A stretch of DNA of 64,000 nucleotides from positions 384,001-448,000 of the forward strand of contig CAVPOM010000007.1 of assembly GCA_963707025.1 (NCBI GenBank). The letters are read 5' to 3'. The notes under the pieces were generated by a model that saw nothing but the letters and a program-made list of their open reading frames with translations, made no database searches and was not told the origin of the DNA. The position numbers were made by a program, and so were the translations under genes. Position 1 is the stretch's first letter. Each line of letters opens with the position of its first letter. The DNA is from an uncultured Verrucomicrobiae bacterium. GTDB taxonomy: Bacteria; Verrucomicrobiota; Verrucomicrobiia; Limisphaerales; Palsa-1400. Positions 21,127 to 30,182 of the stretch are shown here, piece after piece.

Positions 21127-21342
21127 GACGGCAAGGACAACCTAAATGGGCGCTGATTGCAAGCGGGGAAAAGGCGGGCGTTTTTGGGCAATTGCGGATT
21201 GTGGATTGCGGATGGCGGCTGGCGTCGGACAGCCTTGCCGCCTGCTCAGAGGGATCGGACGGATCGGACGGATGGGTCGGACCTGGCCAGAATTCCGCCG
21301 GGCCGCCCTTGTTATTTTCATGGCTTCAGCTACTGTTAAGGC

Positions 21343-22350
21343 ATGTTCAAAATAGTTTTATGCGCGGCGTTGCTTCTGGGCGGGTGGGCCGTTCCCGGCG
21401 CCACCGTGCAATTGCGGGACAAGGCCTCGGTCAGCGGCACCATTCTGGCGCAGAAGCCGGATGAAGTTGTGATTGACATCGGCTACACCGTGCTGGTCAT
21501 TCCCCGCAGCCAGATTCTCAGCCTGCTCAACGACAAAACGCCCCCGGCAACAATCACCGCCCCGGCCCTCCTGGCGGCGGCCGTGCCACCACCGCCCGCA
21601 GCGCCGCCACCGGCGGCTTCGCTCCGGCCCGGCTCCGCCGCGGAGCAGGGATTCTATTTCACCGGGGCGAGCCTTCTCAAGGAGCGCAGCGTGCGCGAAT
21701 TGGCCGCCGAACTGGGCGCGGCGGTCGTGCAGGTGCGCACGCCCGGCGGGCTGGGATCGGGGTTTTTCATCAACGAGGACGGGTTTCTCATCACCAATTT
21801 TCATGTGACGGAAGGCGAAACGCAGATTTCCGTGGAGGTTTTCCAGCAGAAAAACGGGGAGTTGGAGCGGATGGTCTATAAACAGGTCAAAATAGTTTCG
21901 CTCAACAAATTTGGCGACTTGGCGCTGCTCAAAGTGGAGGACAAGGACGCGCCGAAATTTGTGCATGTCGTTCTGGGCGACTCGGACGCGCTGGCCGTGG
22001 GGGAACGGGTCTTTGCCATCGGCAGCCCGCTCGGTTTGGAACGGAGCGTGACCGAGGGCATTGTCAGCACCAAGACCCGGCAGTTGCAGGGCGAACTGTA
22101 TTTACAGACCACCGCCCAGATCAACCCGGGCAACAGCGGCGGCCCTCTGTTCAACCTGCGCGGCGAAGTCGTCGGCGTGACCAACATGAAAATCACCTCG
22201 GGCGAGGGCCTGGGTTTTGCCATTCCGGTGGCGGCGGTGGCCTTCTTTTTGAACCACCGGGATTCTTTTGCCTACGACAACGACAATCCCAGCAATCCCT
22301 ACCGTTACCTGGAACCGTCTCACCGCCTCAAGAAAACCGCCTCCGATTGA
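21343..22350 (+). CDS. Exported trypsin-like S1C serine protease without PDZ
   Basis: GSGFFI, TNFHV, DLALLK, QINPGNSGGPL. Confidence 0.9.
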   Translation: MFKIVLCAALLLGGWAVPGATVQLRDKASVSGTILAQKPDEVVIDIGYTVLVIPRSQILSLLNDKTPPATITAPALLAAAVPPPPAAPPPAASLRPGSAAEQGFYFTGASLLKERSVRELAAELGAAVVQVRTPGGLGSGFFINEDGFLITNFHVTEGETQISVEVFQQKNGELERMVYKQVKIVSLNKFGDLALLKVEDKDAPKFVHVVLGDSDALAVGERVFAIGSPLGLERSVTEGIVSTKTRQLQGELYLQTTAQINPGNSGGPLFNLRGEVVGVTNMKITSGEGLGFAIPVAAVAFFLNHRDSFAYDNDNPSNPYRYLEPSHRLKKTASD

Positions 22351-22369
22351 CCCGCCCTCCTGCCGCCCC

Positions 22370-24265
22370 ATGAGAATTCACTGCTTTTGGCTGATGGCCG
22401 CGCTGGCGGGCCTCTGCCCGGCGGGCGCGGCCGAACCCCCGGCGCAAAAGTTGCTGCCCAAAGACACCGTGCTGGTGCTGGCCGTGCCGGACGCCGGCAA
22501 GGCCCTGGCCGTTCTGACCAATTCCGCCATGGGCCGGTTGTGGCGCGATCCGGCGGTCAAGGCCTTCCGGGATAAATTCACTGACAAATTACAAACCGCC
22601 GCCCTGGCGCCGTTGCAACGCCAATTGGGCATCCATTTCGCCGACTACCAGGGATTGGCCCGCGGCCAGATGACCTTCGCCATCCTCCCGGTGGATCAGG
22701 CCGACAAGCCCGACGAACATTACGCCGCGGTTTTTCTGCTCGACGCCGGGGACCATGCCCCCCAACTCGCCACCAACCTGGCCGCGCTCAAGAAGACATG
22801 GATTGATGCCGGGAAAACGCTCAAAACCGGGAAAATCCGCGAGACGGAGTTCGCCACCTTCCTGATGACCTCCGATGATCTGTCCGTGCAGAAACTTCTG
22901 CCCAACCTCACCGACACCAACGACCCCGCCAACGCCCTGCCTAAACCGGCGCCCGAAAAAGTGGAGCTGACCTTCGGCCAATCCGGCTCGCTCCTCATCG
23001 TCAGCCAGTCCAGCCAGGCCATTGAAAAAATTCTGGCCCGGCAAGCCGGCGGCCTGCTGGCCGGTTTGGATGAGCAACCGGCCTTCCAAAACGATTTTGC
23101 CGCGCGCCTGCAGGGCGCGCCCTTTTTCGCCTGGTTCAATGCCAAGGCCCTGCTGGCCGATCTGGCAAAACCGCAGGCCCCGCCCGCAGGTTCAGGAGCG
23201 GCCCCTCTCCCCGACCCCGTGGCCGGGGATGGAATTCTGGCAACCCTGGGCTTCACCGGGCTGACTTCCGCCTCCCTGGCCTGTCGCGACACCCCGGACG
23301 GCATGAACCTCCAGTTCTTCCTGGGTGCGCCGGAATCCAGCCGCCGCGGGCTTTTGAAAGTCCTGACCACCGAGGCCAAGGACTCCGGGCCGCCGCCCTT
23401 CGTGCCGGGCGACGCAGTCAAGTTCAGCCGGGTGCGCCTGGATCTTCCCAAAAGCTGGCGCCTCCTGGAATCCACCTTGAACCAAATCTATCCCTCCGCC
23501 AGCCAGTCCTTTAACTACTTCCTGGACCTGGCGGGCAAGGCCCAGGATGAGAAATATGATTTGAAAACGGAATTGCTCGACAACTTGGGCGACGACATCA
23601 TCAATTATGAAAGGAATCCTGTCAACACTACGCTGGGCGACCTGCGGGAGGCCCCGGAGATTTACCTGATCGGCTCCCCCAGCCCGTGGAAACTGGCCTC
23701 GGCCGTCAAAGCGGCCATGAGCCTGCTCACCCCGGCCGACAAGATCAAGGACCGCGAGTTCCTGGGGCGCAGAATCTACTCGGCGACCCTGCCCCCCACT
23801 CTCGGCGGCCGGACGTATCATTTTGCGGCCAGCGCCGGCTACCTCGCCCTGACCAGCGACGTGGAGATGCTGGAGGAATTCCTGCGCAGCAACGACAGCG
23901 ACAAACCCGGCTTGAGCCAGACCCCCGGACTGGGCGAGGCGGCGCAAAAAGCGGGAGGCGGGATGAGCACCGGCATTTTTTCCTTCAGCAACGACAAGGA
24001 GAGCACGCGCACGCTGCTGGAGACCCTGCGCAAGGAAACCATTTCCGGCCCCGACCTGCTCGGTCTGCTCGGCTTGGAAATGCGGATGAACAAGATCTCC
24101 ACCGTGGAGGAAGCCAGCCAGTTCAAAGATTGGTGCGATTTTTCCCTCCTCCCGCCCGTGGACACACTGACCAAATACTTCAATTATTCGGTCTGGGTCG
24201 GCGGCTTCACCCCGGACGGATTCACCCTCAATGGATTCACCCCGGCGCTGCCCGCCCAGCAATAG
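22370..24265 (+). CDS. Exported DUF3352-like hypothetical protein
   Basis: Signal peptide; LLPKDT, PPFVPGDA and REFLGRRIY segments resemble PVC DUF3352-like proteins. Confidence 0.6.
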   Translation: MRIHCFWLMAALAGLCPAGAAEPPAQKLLPKDTVLVLAVPDAGKALAVLTNSAMGRLWRDPAVKAFRDKFTDKLQTAALAPLQRQLGIHFADYQGLARGQMTFAILPVDQADKPDEHYAAVFLLDAGDHAPQLATNLAALKKTWIDAGKTLKTGKIRETEFATFLMTSDDLSVQKLLPNLTDTNDPANALPKPAPEKVELTFGQSGSLLIVSQSSQAIEKILARQAGGLLAGLDEQPAFQNDFAARLQGAPFFAWFNAKALLADLAKPQAPPAGSGAAPLPDPVAGDGILATLGFTGLTSASLACRDTPDGMNLQFFLGAPESSRRGLLKVLTTEAKDSGPPPFVPGDAVKFSRVRLDLPKSWRLLESTLNQIYPSASQSFNYFLDLAGKAQDEKYDLKTELLDNLGDDIINYERNPVNTTLGDLREAPEIYLIGSPSPWKLASAVKAAMSLLTPADKIKDREFLGRRIYSATLPPTLGGRTYHFAASAGYLALTSDVEMLEEFLRSNDSDKPGLSQTPGLGEAAQKAGGGMSTGIFSFSNDKESTRTLLETLRKETISGPDLLGLLGLEMRMNKISTVEEASQFKDWCDFSLLPPVDTLTKYFNYSVWVGGFTPDGFTLNGFTPALPAQQ

Positions 24266-24319
24266 GCGCGCGCGCAGACGCCGCCTTTCACTTTTTGGCT
24301 ATTTGCTCCTAATCTTAAT

Positions 24320-24454
24320 TTAGAGCGTTTTCAAGAAAACTGTAGCCGCAGCACGCGGTAGGGTCCCGGCAGGCCGGGACTGCCCGCCGCGGCGCGCACG
24401 GAGTGCGCGCCCTACCTCCCTTGTTTCGGCTACATCATTTCTTAAACTGCCTAA
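24320..24454. mobile_element. MITE-like element containing a REP-like core
   Basis: Imperfect terminal IRs TTAGAGCGTTTTCAAGAAAACTGTAGCCG / CGGCTACATCATTTCTTAAACTGCCTAA; internal GGTAGGG...CCCTACC at 24357-24416. Confidence 0.6.
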
Positions 24455-24528
24455 TCTCCTTCGACGCAGATTACGATTAAGATCAGGATTAAGATTAGGA
24501 TTGGTTCGCCAAGGACCAATCGTTCCCG

Positions 24529-26853
24529 TTACTCCTGCGGATAGACCAGGATGCGGTCGTGGACCAGCACGATCAAATCGTTCTTGCCGCGGCCGGTCAC
24601 GTCGGCCGCCAGGGCCTCGCGCGGTTCGAACGTGTCGTTGCGGCGGGAACGGAAGGTGCGCTCTTCAAACACCTGCCAGCGATTGCCCGGCACCAGCTTG
24701 TGCGGCGGCACGAAACTCACCAAATCCAAATAGTTCTTGGCCGTCTCCAGAAACACCAGGTCTTTGCGCCTGTTATGGTTCAGGTCGCCCGAGATGACAT
24801 CCCTCAGATACCCGTCTTGAATGGGCGTCTCGTAGCCGTCCAACTCGGCCAGTTCCCACACCTCCCCGCGCAGCGCCATCGTCCCCACCGCGTTCAGGCC
24901 GATGAACGCCAGGCTGTTGGCTTGCTTGTCCCCCAGTCCGATGGCCTGCAGGCGAGAAAAATCGGTCACGGGCAGGGGCAGGTTGCGCACCACCTGCCAG
25001 ACCCCCGCGGCGTCGCGCTCGCACAAGGTCAGCGCCTTCTGCTCTGAGTCCAGTAGAAATAACGACGCCACCGCGTCGCTCCCGTTGCGCAACGGCGCCG
25101 CCCCCGCAATGCGCGAACTGCTCGAGGCCCCGTTGATTTGCACTTTGACGTGGAAGGTCCACACCGGCTTGCCGTTGGTGGCGTTGCCGCTTTCCGCCTG
25201 CAGCACCACCGCCCGGATGAAATTCTTTTGCGCCAGCAGCAATTCCTGCTTGCCGTCGCCATCCACGTCGGCCGCGCTCAGCCAGGGCTGCTCCTGTTCG
25301 CTGCTCCCGCCGGGGGGCAGGACGTCTTCCTCATCAAAGCCGTTGCTCGGCGTCTGGATCAGCACTTTGATCTTTTCGTACGGTATCAACACCACTAGGT
25401 CGGCCAGTCCGTCCTGATTGGCATCGAACATGGTCATGGAGGCGGGGTTCGCTTTGAATTCCGCGCTCAAGCTCTGCGTGCGCGTTTTTCCGTCCGCCGT
25501 GCGCGTGGCCAGCACCCGTTTGCCGTCCTGGTCCAAAATCACCGCCAGGGTGGGCGGGGCGCCGGCCTGGAGCGGCCCGACGGCCATGGCCAGGGGCCGG
25601 CCGGCAAATGGCAGAATGGCCGGAAAGGCGATGGACCCGTTTTTGTCCAGCGCGGTCACTCCGATTTGATGCTCCTCGCTGCTGAGCAGGAAAATCTCCG
25701 GCGTGCCGTCCTGGTTCCAATCACTCACCGCCAGGTCGGTCACGCCGCTCAAGGTCGGAAAGGTCTTGGGGGAGCCGAGCTTGCCGTCGGCCTGTTGCAG
25801 ATAGAGCGTCAACTGCCCGCTGTCCGGTTCGGCCACCAGCAGGTCCGGCAGCCCGTCGCCATTGACGTCGGCCCACAAGATGCCGCGGCGGGCCTGCGTG
25901 GTTTTCTTGAGCGGCAAGACTTGGAATTGCCCGCTTTTGAAAGCGCCGGAGAGCGGCTCGGCCGGTTTGCGGCTCAGCCCGGAGATCTGGGCGCGGCCGG
26001 ATTTTTCCGCGATGGTAATCAACTCCATTTTGTGGTCCTCCAACAAATCATCCGCCAGAAAGGCGCGGATGGCGGGAAAAGTAAAATGCACCTCCGGCTC
26101 CAACTGCCCCTGGGCGTCCTGCAGGCGGAAGCGGAACGGGTTGGGGCTTTGGTCATTGATGAGCAGCAGATCATCCCGGCCGTCGCCGTTGATGTCCACC
26201 ACTTGCAGGCTGTTGACCGCGCCGGAGAAGGGGATTTTTTCCGGCTCGGCCAGAAGGTGGTCCGCATTCTGGGCGATGTAATAAAGATTATTTTCGCCCA
26301 GCAAAACCAGGCCGGGCCGCCCGCTGCCGTGCAGATCGCCGGTCGTCAGGGCGTTGGCCACGGGCTGGCCGTCGGCAATGGGAAAGCGCTTGGGCGCGCT
26401 CCAGCCATTGCTGCCCAGGTTGTATTGCACCACCAGCTCCTTGGGGTCGCCGTAGTAGGCCAGATCGGGGCGGCCATCCCCGTTCAAATCCGCCACCACC
26501 AGCGAGGTGATCCTTTTTTCCGAGGCGATGGAGGTGATTCTAAAGCGGGCATCCGGCGGCAGTTGGTTGATTTCTTTCTTCTGGCCGTCGTCGGCCGGGG
26601 GGGTGTTGGTTTTGCCCGTCCGGTTGTAGAGGATGTTGATTTTCGAGCGGGCATTGTTCACCACGATCAGATCGTTCAGCCCGTCGCCGTCCATGTCGGC
26701 GGCATGCAACAGGGTGATGGCGCTGTCCAGCGGATAAATTTCCGGGCCGGTGAAACCGAAGGTATTGGTTTCCCCGCTCCCGCCCCGGGCGGTTGCGACA
26801 CACGCCGCGCAGGCCAGCACACCCCAAAAGCGTCTCAGTGCAAGATTCATCAT
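24529..26853 (-). CDS. Exported FG-GAP/VCBS repeat beta-propeller protein
   Basis: Many DxxGDGxxD repeats (DMDGDGLND, DLNGDGRPD, DINGDGRDD, DVNGDGLPD, DVDGDGKQE). Confidence 0.9.
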   Translation of the reverse strand: MMNLALRRFWGVLACAACVATARGGSGETNTFGFTGPEIYPLDSAITLLHAADMDGDGLNDLIVVNNARSKINILYNRTGKTNTPPADDGQKKEINQLPPDARFRITSIASEKRITSLVVADLNGDGRPDLAYYGDPKELVVQYNLGSNGWSAPKRFPIADGQPVANALTTGDLHGSGRPGLVLLGENNLYYIAQNADHLLAEPEKIPFSGAVNSLQVVDINGDGRDDLLLINDQSPNPFRFRLQDAQGQLEPEVHFTFPAIRAFLADDLLEDHKMELITIAEKSGRAQISGLSRKPAEPLSGAFKSGQFQVLPLKKTTQARRGILWADVNGDGLPDLLVAEPDSGQLTLYLQQADGKLGSPKTFPTLSGVTDLAVSDWNQDGTPEIFLLSSEEHQIGVTALDKNGSIAFPAILPFAGRPLAMAVGPLQAGAPPTLAVILDQDGKRVLATRTADGKTRTQSLSAEFKANPASMTMFDANQDGLADLVVLIPYEKIKVLIQTPSNGFDEEDVLPPGGSSEQEQPWLSAADVDGDGKQELLLAQKNFIRAVVLQAESGNATNGKPVWTFHVKVQINGASSSSRIAGAAPLRNGSDAVASLFLLDSEQKALTLCERDAAGVWQVVRNLPLPVTDFSRLQAIGLGDKQANSLAFIGLNAVGTMALRGEVWELAELDGYETPIQDGYLRDVISGDLNHNRRKDLVFLETAKNYLDLVSFVPPHKLVPGNRWQVFEERTFRSRRNDTFEPREALAADVTGRGKNDLIVLVHDRILVYPQE

Positions 26854-26893
26854 GCGATGTGCAAACTGCCATCGCGCAGAGGTTTGTGCCAGA

Positions 26894-27313
26894 TTATTCA
26901 CCAAGAAAATGGGCCAGGATGCGCCGTTCATGCGCGACCAGCCGGTGTTCCCAAAGATAAATGCCCTGCCAGGCGCCCAGCCCCAGTTCCCCGCCGGCGA
27001 TGGGAATGCTCAGATGCGCCGACGTCAAAGCCGACCGGACGTGGGCCGGCATGTCATCCGCCCCTTCCGAAACATGACGCCAGAGCGGGTCGCCATCGGG
27101 AACCAGGCGGGCGAAAAAGCGTTCCAAGTCGCGCCGCACCTCCGGGTCGGCATTTTCCTGGATGAGGAGCGAGGCGGAAGTGTGTTGCACAAACAAGGTG
27201 GCCAGGCCGCTGTGCAGGCCCGTCGCGCGCAGCCGCCTTGCCGCCTCGCCGGTGAACTCATAAAAACCCCGGCCGCGCGTGGGGATGATGATCAACTCGG
27301 AGTGTTGTCGCAT
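26894..27313 (-). CDS. yjbQ: YjbQ/UPF0047 family protein
   Basis: HTSASLLIQENADP, DDMPAHVRS, LGAWQGIYLWEH. Confidence 0.92.
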   Translation of the reverse strand: MRQHSELIIIPTRGRGFYEFTGEAARRLRATGLHSGLATLFVQHTSASLLIQENADPEVRRDLERFFARLVPDGDPLWRHVSEGADDMPAHVRSALTSAHLSIPIAGGELGLGAWQGIYLWEHRLVAHERRILAHFLGE

Positions 27314-27362
27314 GGCAGTGATGGAGTCGTGCAAGGGTCGTCTCTGTCAATGAAAGATTTTG

Positions 27363-27377
27363 GCATGGGTCGTGCCA
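27363..27377 (-). promoter_or_regulatory. Possible sigma54 (-24/-12) promoter for yjbQ
   Basis: Minus-strand TGGCACG-accc-ATGC (GG-N10-GC), 50 nt upstream of the ATG. Confidence 0.3.
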
Positions 27378-27416
27378 AAGCCCGGCCGCCACCGCAAATT
27401 TTTTTGGAAAAATCGC

Positions 27417-27444
27417 TTGAATTATTTTTGGTTTTGGCGATAAT
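27417..27444 (+). promoter_or_regulatory. Possible sigma70 promoter upstream of 6S RNA
   Basis: TTGAAT-N16-GATAAT in an AT-rich stretch. Confidence 0.35.
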
Positions 27445-27512
27445 AAGATCAAGCCAGCCGTCCGGCGGAGACCGGAGCGCGCCTTTGTTCTTTGGAATTA
27501 TTGGCAACGGTT

Positions 27513-27693
27513 TTACCCTGCCATGCTCGTGATTAAAAACAAAGTCCTTGAACCTTAAATTAGTCAACCCGGAACCCTGATCTCGGTTGTGGCCGACAGG
27601 CCTTAACTGGAAGCCGAAAGCAATCGTCCCGGTTCCATCCTGTTCCTAACAAGTTCAGAGGCACTGTTTATACACGGCATTACGGCGGGGTTA
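27513..27693 (+). ncRNA. ssrS: 6S RNA
   Basis: ~180-nt rod: ACCCTGCCATG/TACGGCGGGGT closing stem, GCTCGTG/CACGGC, CCTTGAACCTT/AAGTTCAGAGG, central bubble, GGAACC/GGTTCC; upstream of and on the same strand as ygfA-rny. Confidence 0.8.
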
Positions 27694-27802
27694 TTTTTTG
27701 CGCGCATGGCCGGATTCTAGGTCGTGTTTCAATCGCCTGGCCAATGTTCCACAGGTCGTGAACGCCTCTTGCGGGTTTGTCCCTGCACAAGTAATCTTTC
27801 CA

Positions 27803-28003
27803 ATGAGCGTTGAGGAGATCAAAAAGGCGGTGCAACACCTCAGCCTGGGGGAACGGGCGGAAGTCGCGGCCTGCCTTCATTCGTGGAATGACGACGACTG
27901 GGATGAACAGATGAAACGCGATTTGGCCTCCGGCAAACTCGATATAATTCTGAGCCGGGTGGACGCCGACATAGCAGAAAACAAAATTCGTGGCATGCCG
28001 TGA
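27803..28003 (+). CDS. Small acidic antitoxin-like (addiction module) protein
   Basis: MSVEEIKKAVQHLS...WDEQMKRDLASGKLD; GTGA overlap with the toxin-like gene. Confidence 0.7.
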   Translation: MSVEEIKKAVQHLSLGERAEVAACLHSWNDDDWDEQMKRDLASGKLDIILSRVDADIAENKIRGMP

Positions 28004-28212
28004 TTTCGCGGACACACGCTCAGTTTTGGGAATGTTTCGACGCCTTGCCGGAGGACCTCCAACGGATCGCGCAAGAGAAGTATCGGCTATGGCAGCAGGA
28101 CTGCTTTCATCCATCGCTCCATTTCAAACCATTGAAGGATGATGTCTGGTCGGTCAGAATCAACCACAGTTATCGGGCTTTGGGCCGACGCAAAGCAGCG
28201 TTGATGGTGTGA
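28000..28212 (+). pseudogene. RelE/ParE-like toxin, apparently 3'-truncated
   Basis: FWECFDALP...HPSLHFK...WSVRINHSYRALG; stops at ALMV* directly before an IR element. Confidence 0.6.
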
Positions 28213-28214
28213 AA

Positions 28215-28314
28215 GGGTCAAGCCCGGAAAGCTGAATATGGGTTTGACATTGGGGGAAACGCAACACTGCCACGCCTTGATTGTGAATATCATTCCGAAT
28301 GCCGGGCTTGACCC
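28215..28314. repeat. 100-bp element with perfect 13-bp terminal inverted repeats
   Basis: GGGTCAAGCCCGG (28215-28227) / CCGGGCTTGACCC (28302-28314). Confidence 0.6.
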
Positions 28315-28541
28315 CTGCTACTAGGAACGCCATTGCATTTGATCCAAGCACCCGACTAAACTTCCCGCGTGAACACTCGTCGGCTGATTGGAATGATGCC
28401 ATGCATTTGCCTTTTGTTATACGGACGATTCGTTTCGGCGGCTGAAACCGCCACGCCGGACTACACGGCATGGAATTCCGCTTTTGGAAGCTGGACGAAC
28501 GTGACGAATTGGTCCGCCGGATTGCCCAATCCGTAACGCCC

Positions 28542-29366
28542 TCAATTCGCTGCGCCGGAGGGAAAAAGGAAGTCGGGTCCCAACAACATGACCGTTTGGC
28601 GCGTCCTGGCTGTTTGGGCAACATGCCAGTTCATCCTCCCCAGACCGGCCAAGGCCGACTGCACCGGCTCGATGGTTTCGCGAGGAAGCTGTTCCACGGA
28701 TTGCACTCTGTCAACGCTCAGGGCGTACTGTTTGGCTCCGTTGGTGACCACAATGGCGATTTCACGACGGGTTTCCCTTAGAATCTGACGGGATTCCTCG
28801 AACAGCTTGACCAGCGTGGCCAATTCGCAGTTCCGGCGCTCTTCCAGGTTGGCCAGGGCTTTCTCGAATTTTCCCCCCTCCGCCATCTTTAACACTTCGT
28901 CCGCGGAGGCGTGGATGATCTGGTGCGGCGCATCCATCTTCCTCAGCGCCATGCGAAAGATGGCTGCCTGGATCGTCTGCTCCTCGTTCTTGTACTGATC
29001 ATACCACAGGCCAAATTTGCACTTGTGCGGGTCCCGGGCGAGATTGAACGGCCGCCGCTCCCGCACGCATGCTTCCAGCTCCTTCAGCCAGTTGCGGTGG
29101 TCCTGCTCCCGATCGTGCAGCAATTGAATGAGACTGTTCAAGTCTGATTGTGCCGAGGCCAGCCCCAGCACAATGCGCAGGTCAACCAGCTTCAAGATGC
29201 TGCCGCGAATATTGATCACCCCTCTTATTTCCGGCCGCTGGTTGGGAACATGCACCACCGCAGGCAATATCAGCATCTCCCGCACAAACTCCGCCGACAC
29301 GGCATACTGGCCGTTGCCCGCCTCGAACAACACGAACGGCATCTTGTCTTTTCGCAACGCTATCAT
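28542..29366 (-). CDS. cheW: CheW-like protein with inserted CZB zinc-binding domain
   Basis: VPNQRPEIRGVINIRG and ALSVDRVQSV (CheW halves) flank DHRNW...CKFGLWY...PHQIIH (CZB). Confidence 0.8.
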   Translation of the reverse strand: MIALRKDKMPFVLFEAGNGQYAVSAEFVREMLILPAVVHVPNQRPEIRGVINIRGSILKLVDLRIVLGLASAQSDLNSLIQLLHDREQDHRNWLKELEACVRERRPFNLARDPHKCKFGLWYDQYKNEEQTIQAAIFRMALRKMDAPHQIIHASADEVLKMAEGGKFEKALANLEERRNCELATLVKLFEESRQILRETRREIAIVVTNGAKQYALSVDRVQSVEQLPRETIEPVQSALAGLGRMNWHVAQTARTRQTVMLLGPDFLFPSGAAN

Positions 29367-29741
29367 GGCACTGTTTTCCGCTTTAAAATCCGGCGGTTTC
29401 GCCTCTCCTCTGGTTTGTCTGAATTCACTCGCGCCGTTATCGGCATTTTGTGGCCGCGGCTTAATGCTCAATCTTCCCGCCATCATTAACAAAAGCCGTT
29501 GTGCTAAAGGGAACGCCGGGGATTCGAAAAAGAGCGCAAGTATTGTATGGAGAATGACAAGAAATGCCTCGTCAAAGCGGCAAAACCATAGTTTCGCCCC
29601 ATTGCAAGTGCAAATGATTGCGCTGCAAGCGCTTGAAACCTTTCTTCCCTCTCTGTTGTCTCAGTTGCCTCCTGTTGAACCCCCTTCTTCATTCCCTGTC
29701 CTCCGTAGGCCAGGAGGATGCATTTTTCTTCCAACCGGAGC

Positions 29742-29770
29742 TTGACAAAAGTTAGAACCTATGGTTAAAT
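29742..29770 (+). promoter_or_regulatory. Possible sigma70 promoter reading toward the intron
   Basis: Perfect TTGACA, 17-nt spacer, TGn+TTAAAT (weak -10). Confidence 0.35.
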
Positions 29771-30042
29771 CGTCAGAGTGAGAAACGTAGGCTCAGTCCA
29801 AACCACATCCGGGAGAAGGCGGCCAGCCCAGGCGCGGAGGGCGGGGATATGAAAATGCAAAATGCAGAATTCCAAATCCGTGAAATCCGCGAAACCTGTG
29901 GTTCAATTCCTTTGGTCCCGGCTGGCCGCTCAACCTGGCAAACCATGGCCAATTCGCGGTGTTGCCGCAACCCAGCGGCGGGCGATTCAACCGTCGCCTC
30001 CAAAAGGACCTGGCACGGTCGAATCGTGCCAAGCGGACCCAT

Positions 30043-30071
30043 CCGGTCAAACCGGTCAAACCGGTCAAACC
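30043..30071. repeat. 9-bp tandem repeat (CCGGTCAAA)3
   Basis: Seen directly; two more GGTCAAAC copies at 30164 and 30174. Confidence 0.9.
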
Positions 30072-30182
30072 CAACGCTGTCCAGTAAAGTGAGGGATAAA
30101 AATGTGGAAGACCCTCACCTGCAAGGTGTTGCTGAGCCATTTGGATGTGATCGAAGCAGAGGCGGTCAAACCAGGTCAAACG

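Noticed and set aside
29740..29770. dif-like look (gcttgacaaaa...tatggttaaat)
   Set aside because: Arm spacing and the XerD arm do not fit the 11-6-11 layout; better read as a promoter.
30011..30031. TGGCACG...CGTGCCA palindrome resembling 27361-27377
   Set aside because: Different spacer lengths and only two instances; not enough for a shared operator.
30043..30181. GGTCAAAC repeats, and the 8042-8520 palindromes, as CRISPR arrays
   Set aside because: Units too short or too divergent, spacing irregular, no cas genes in the window.
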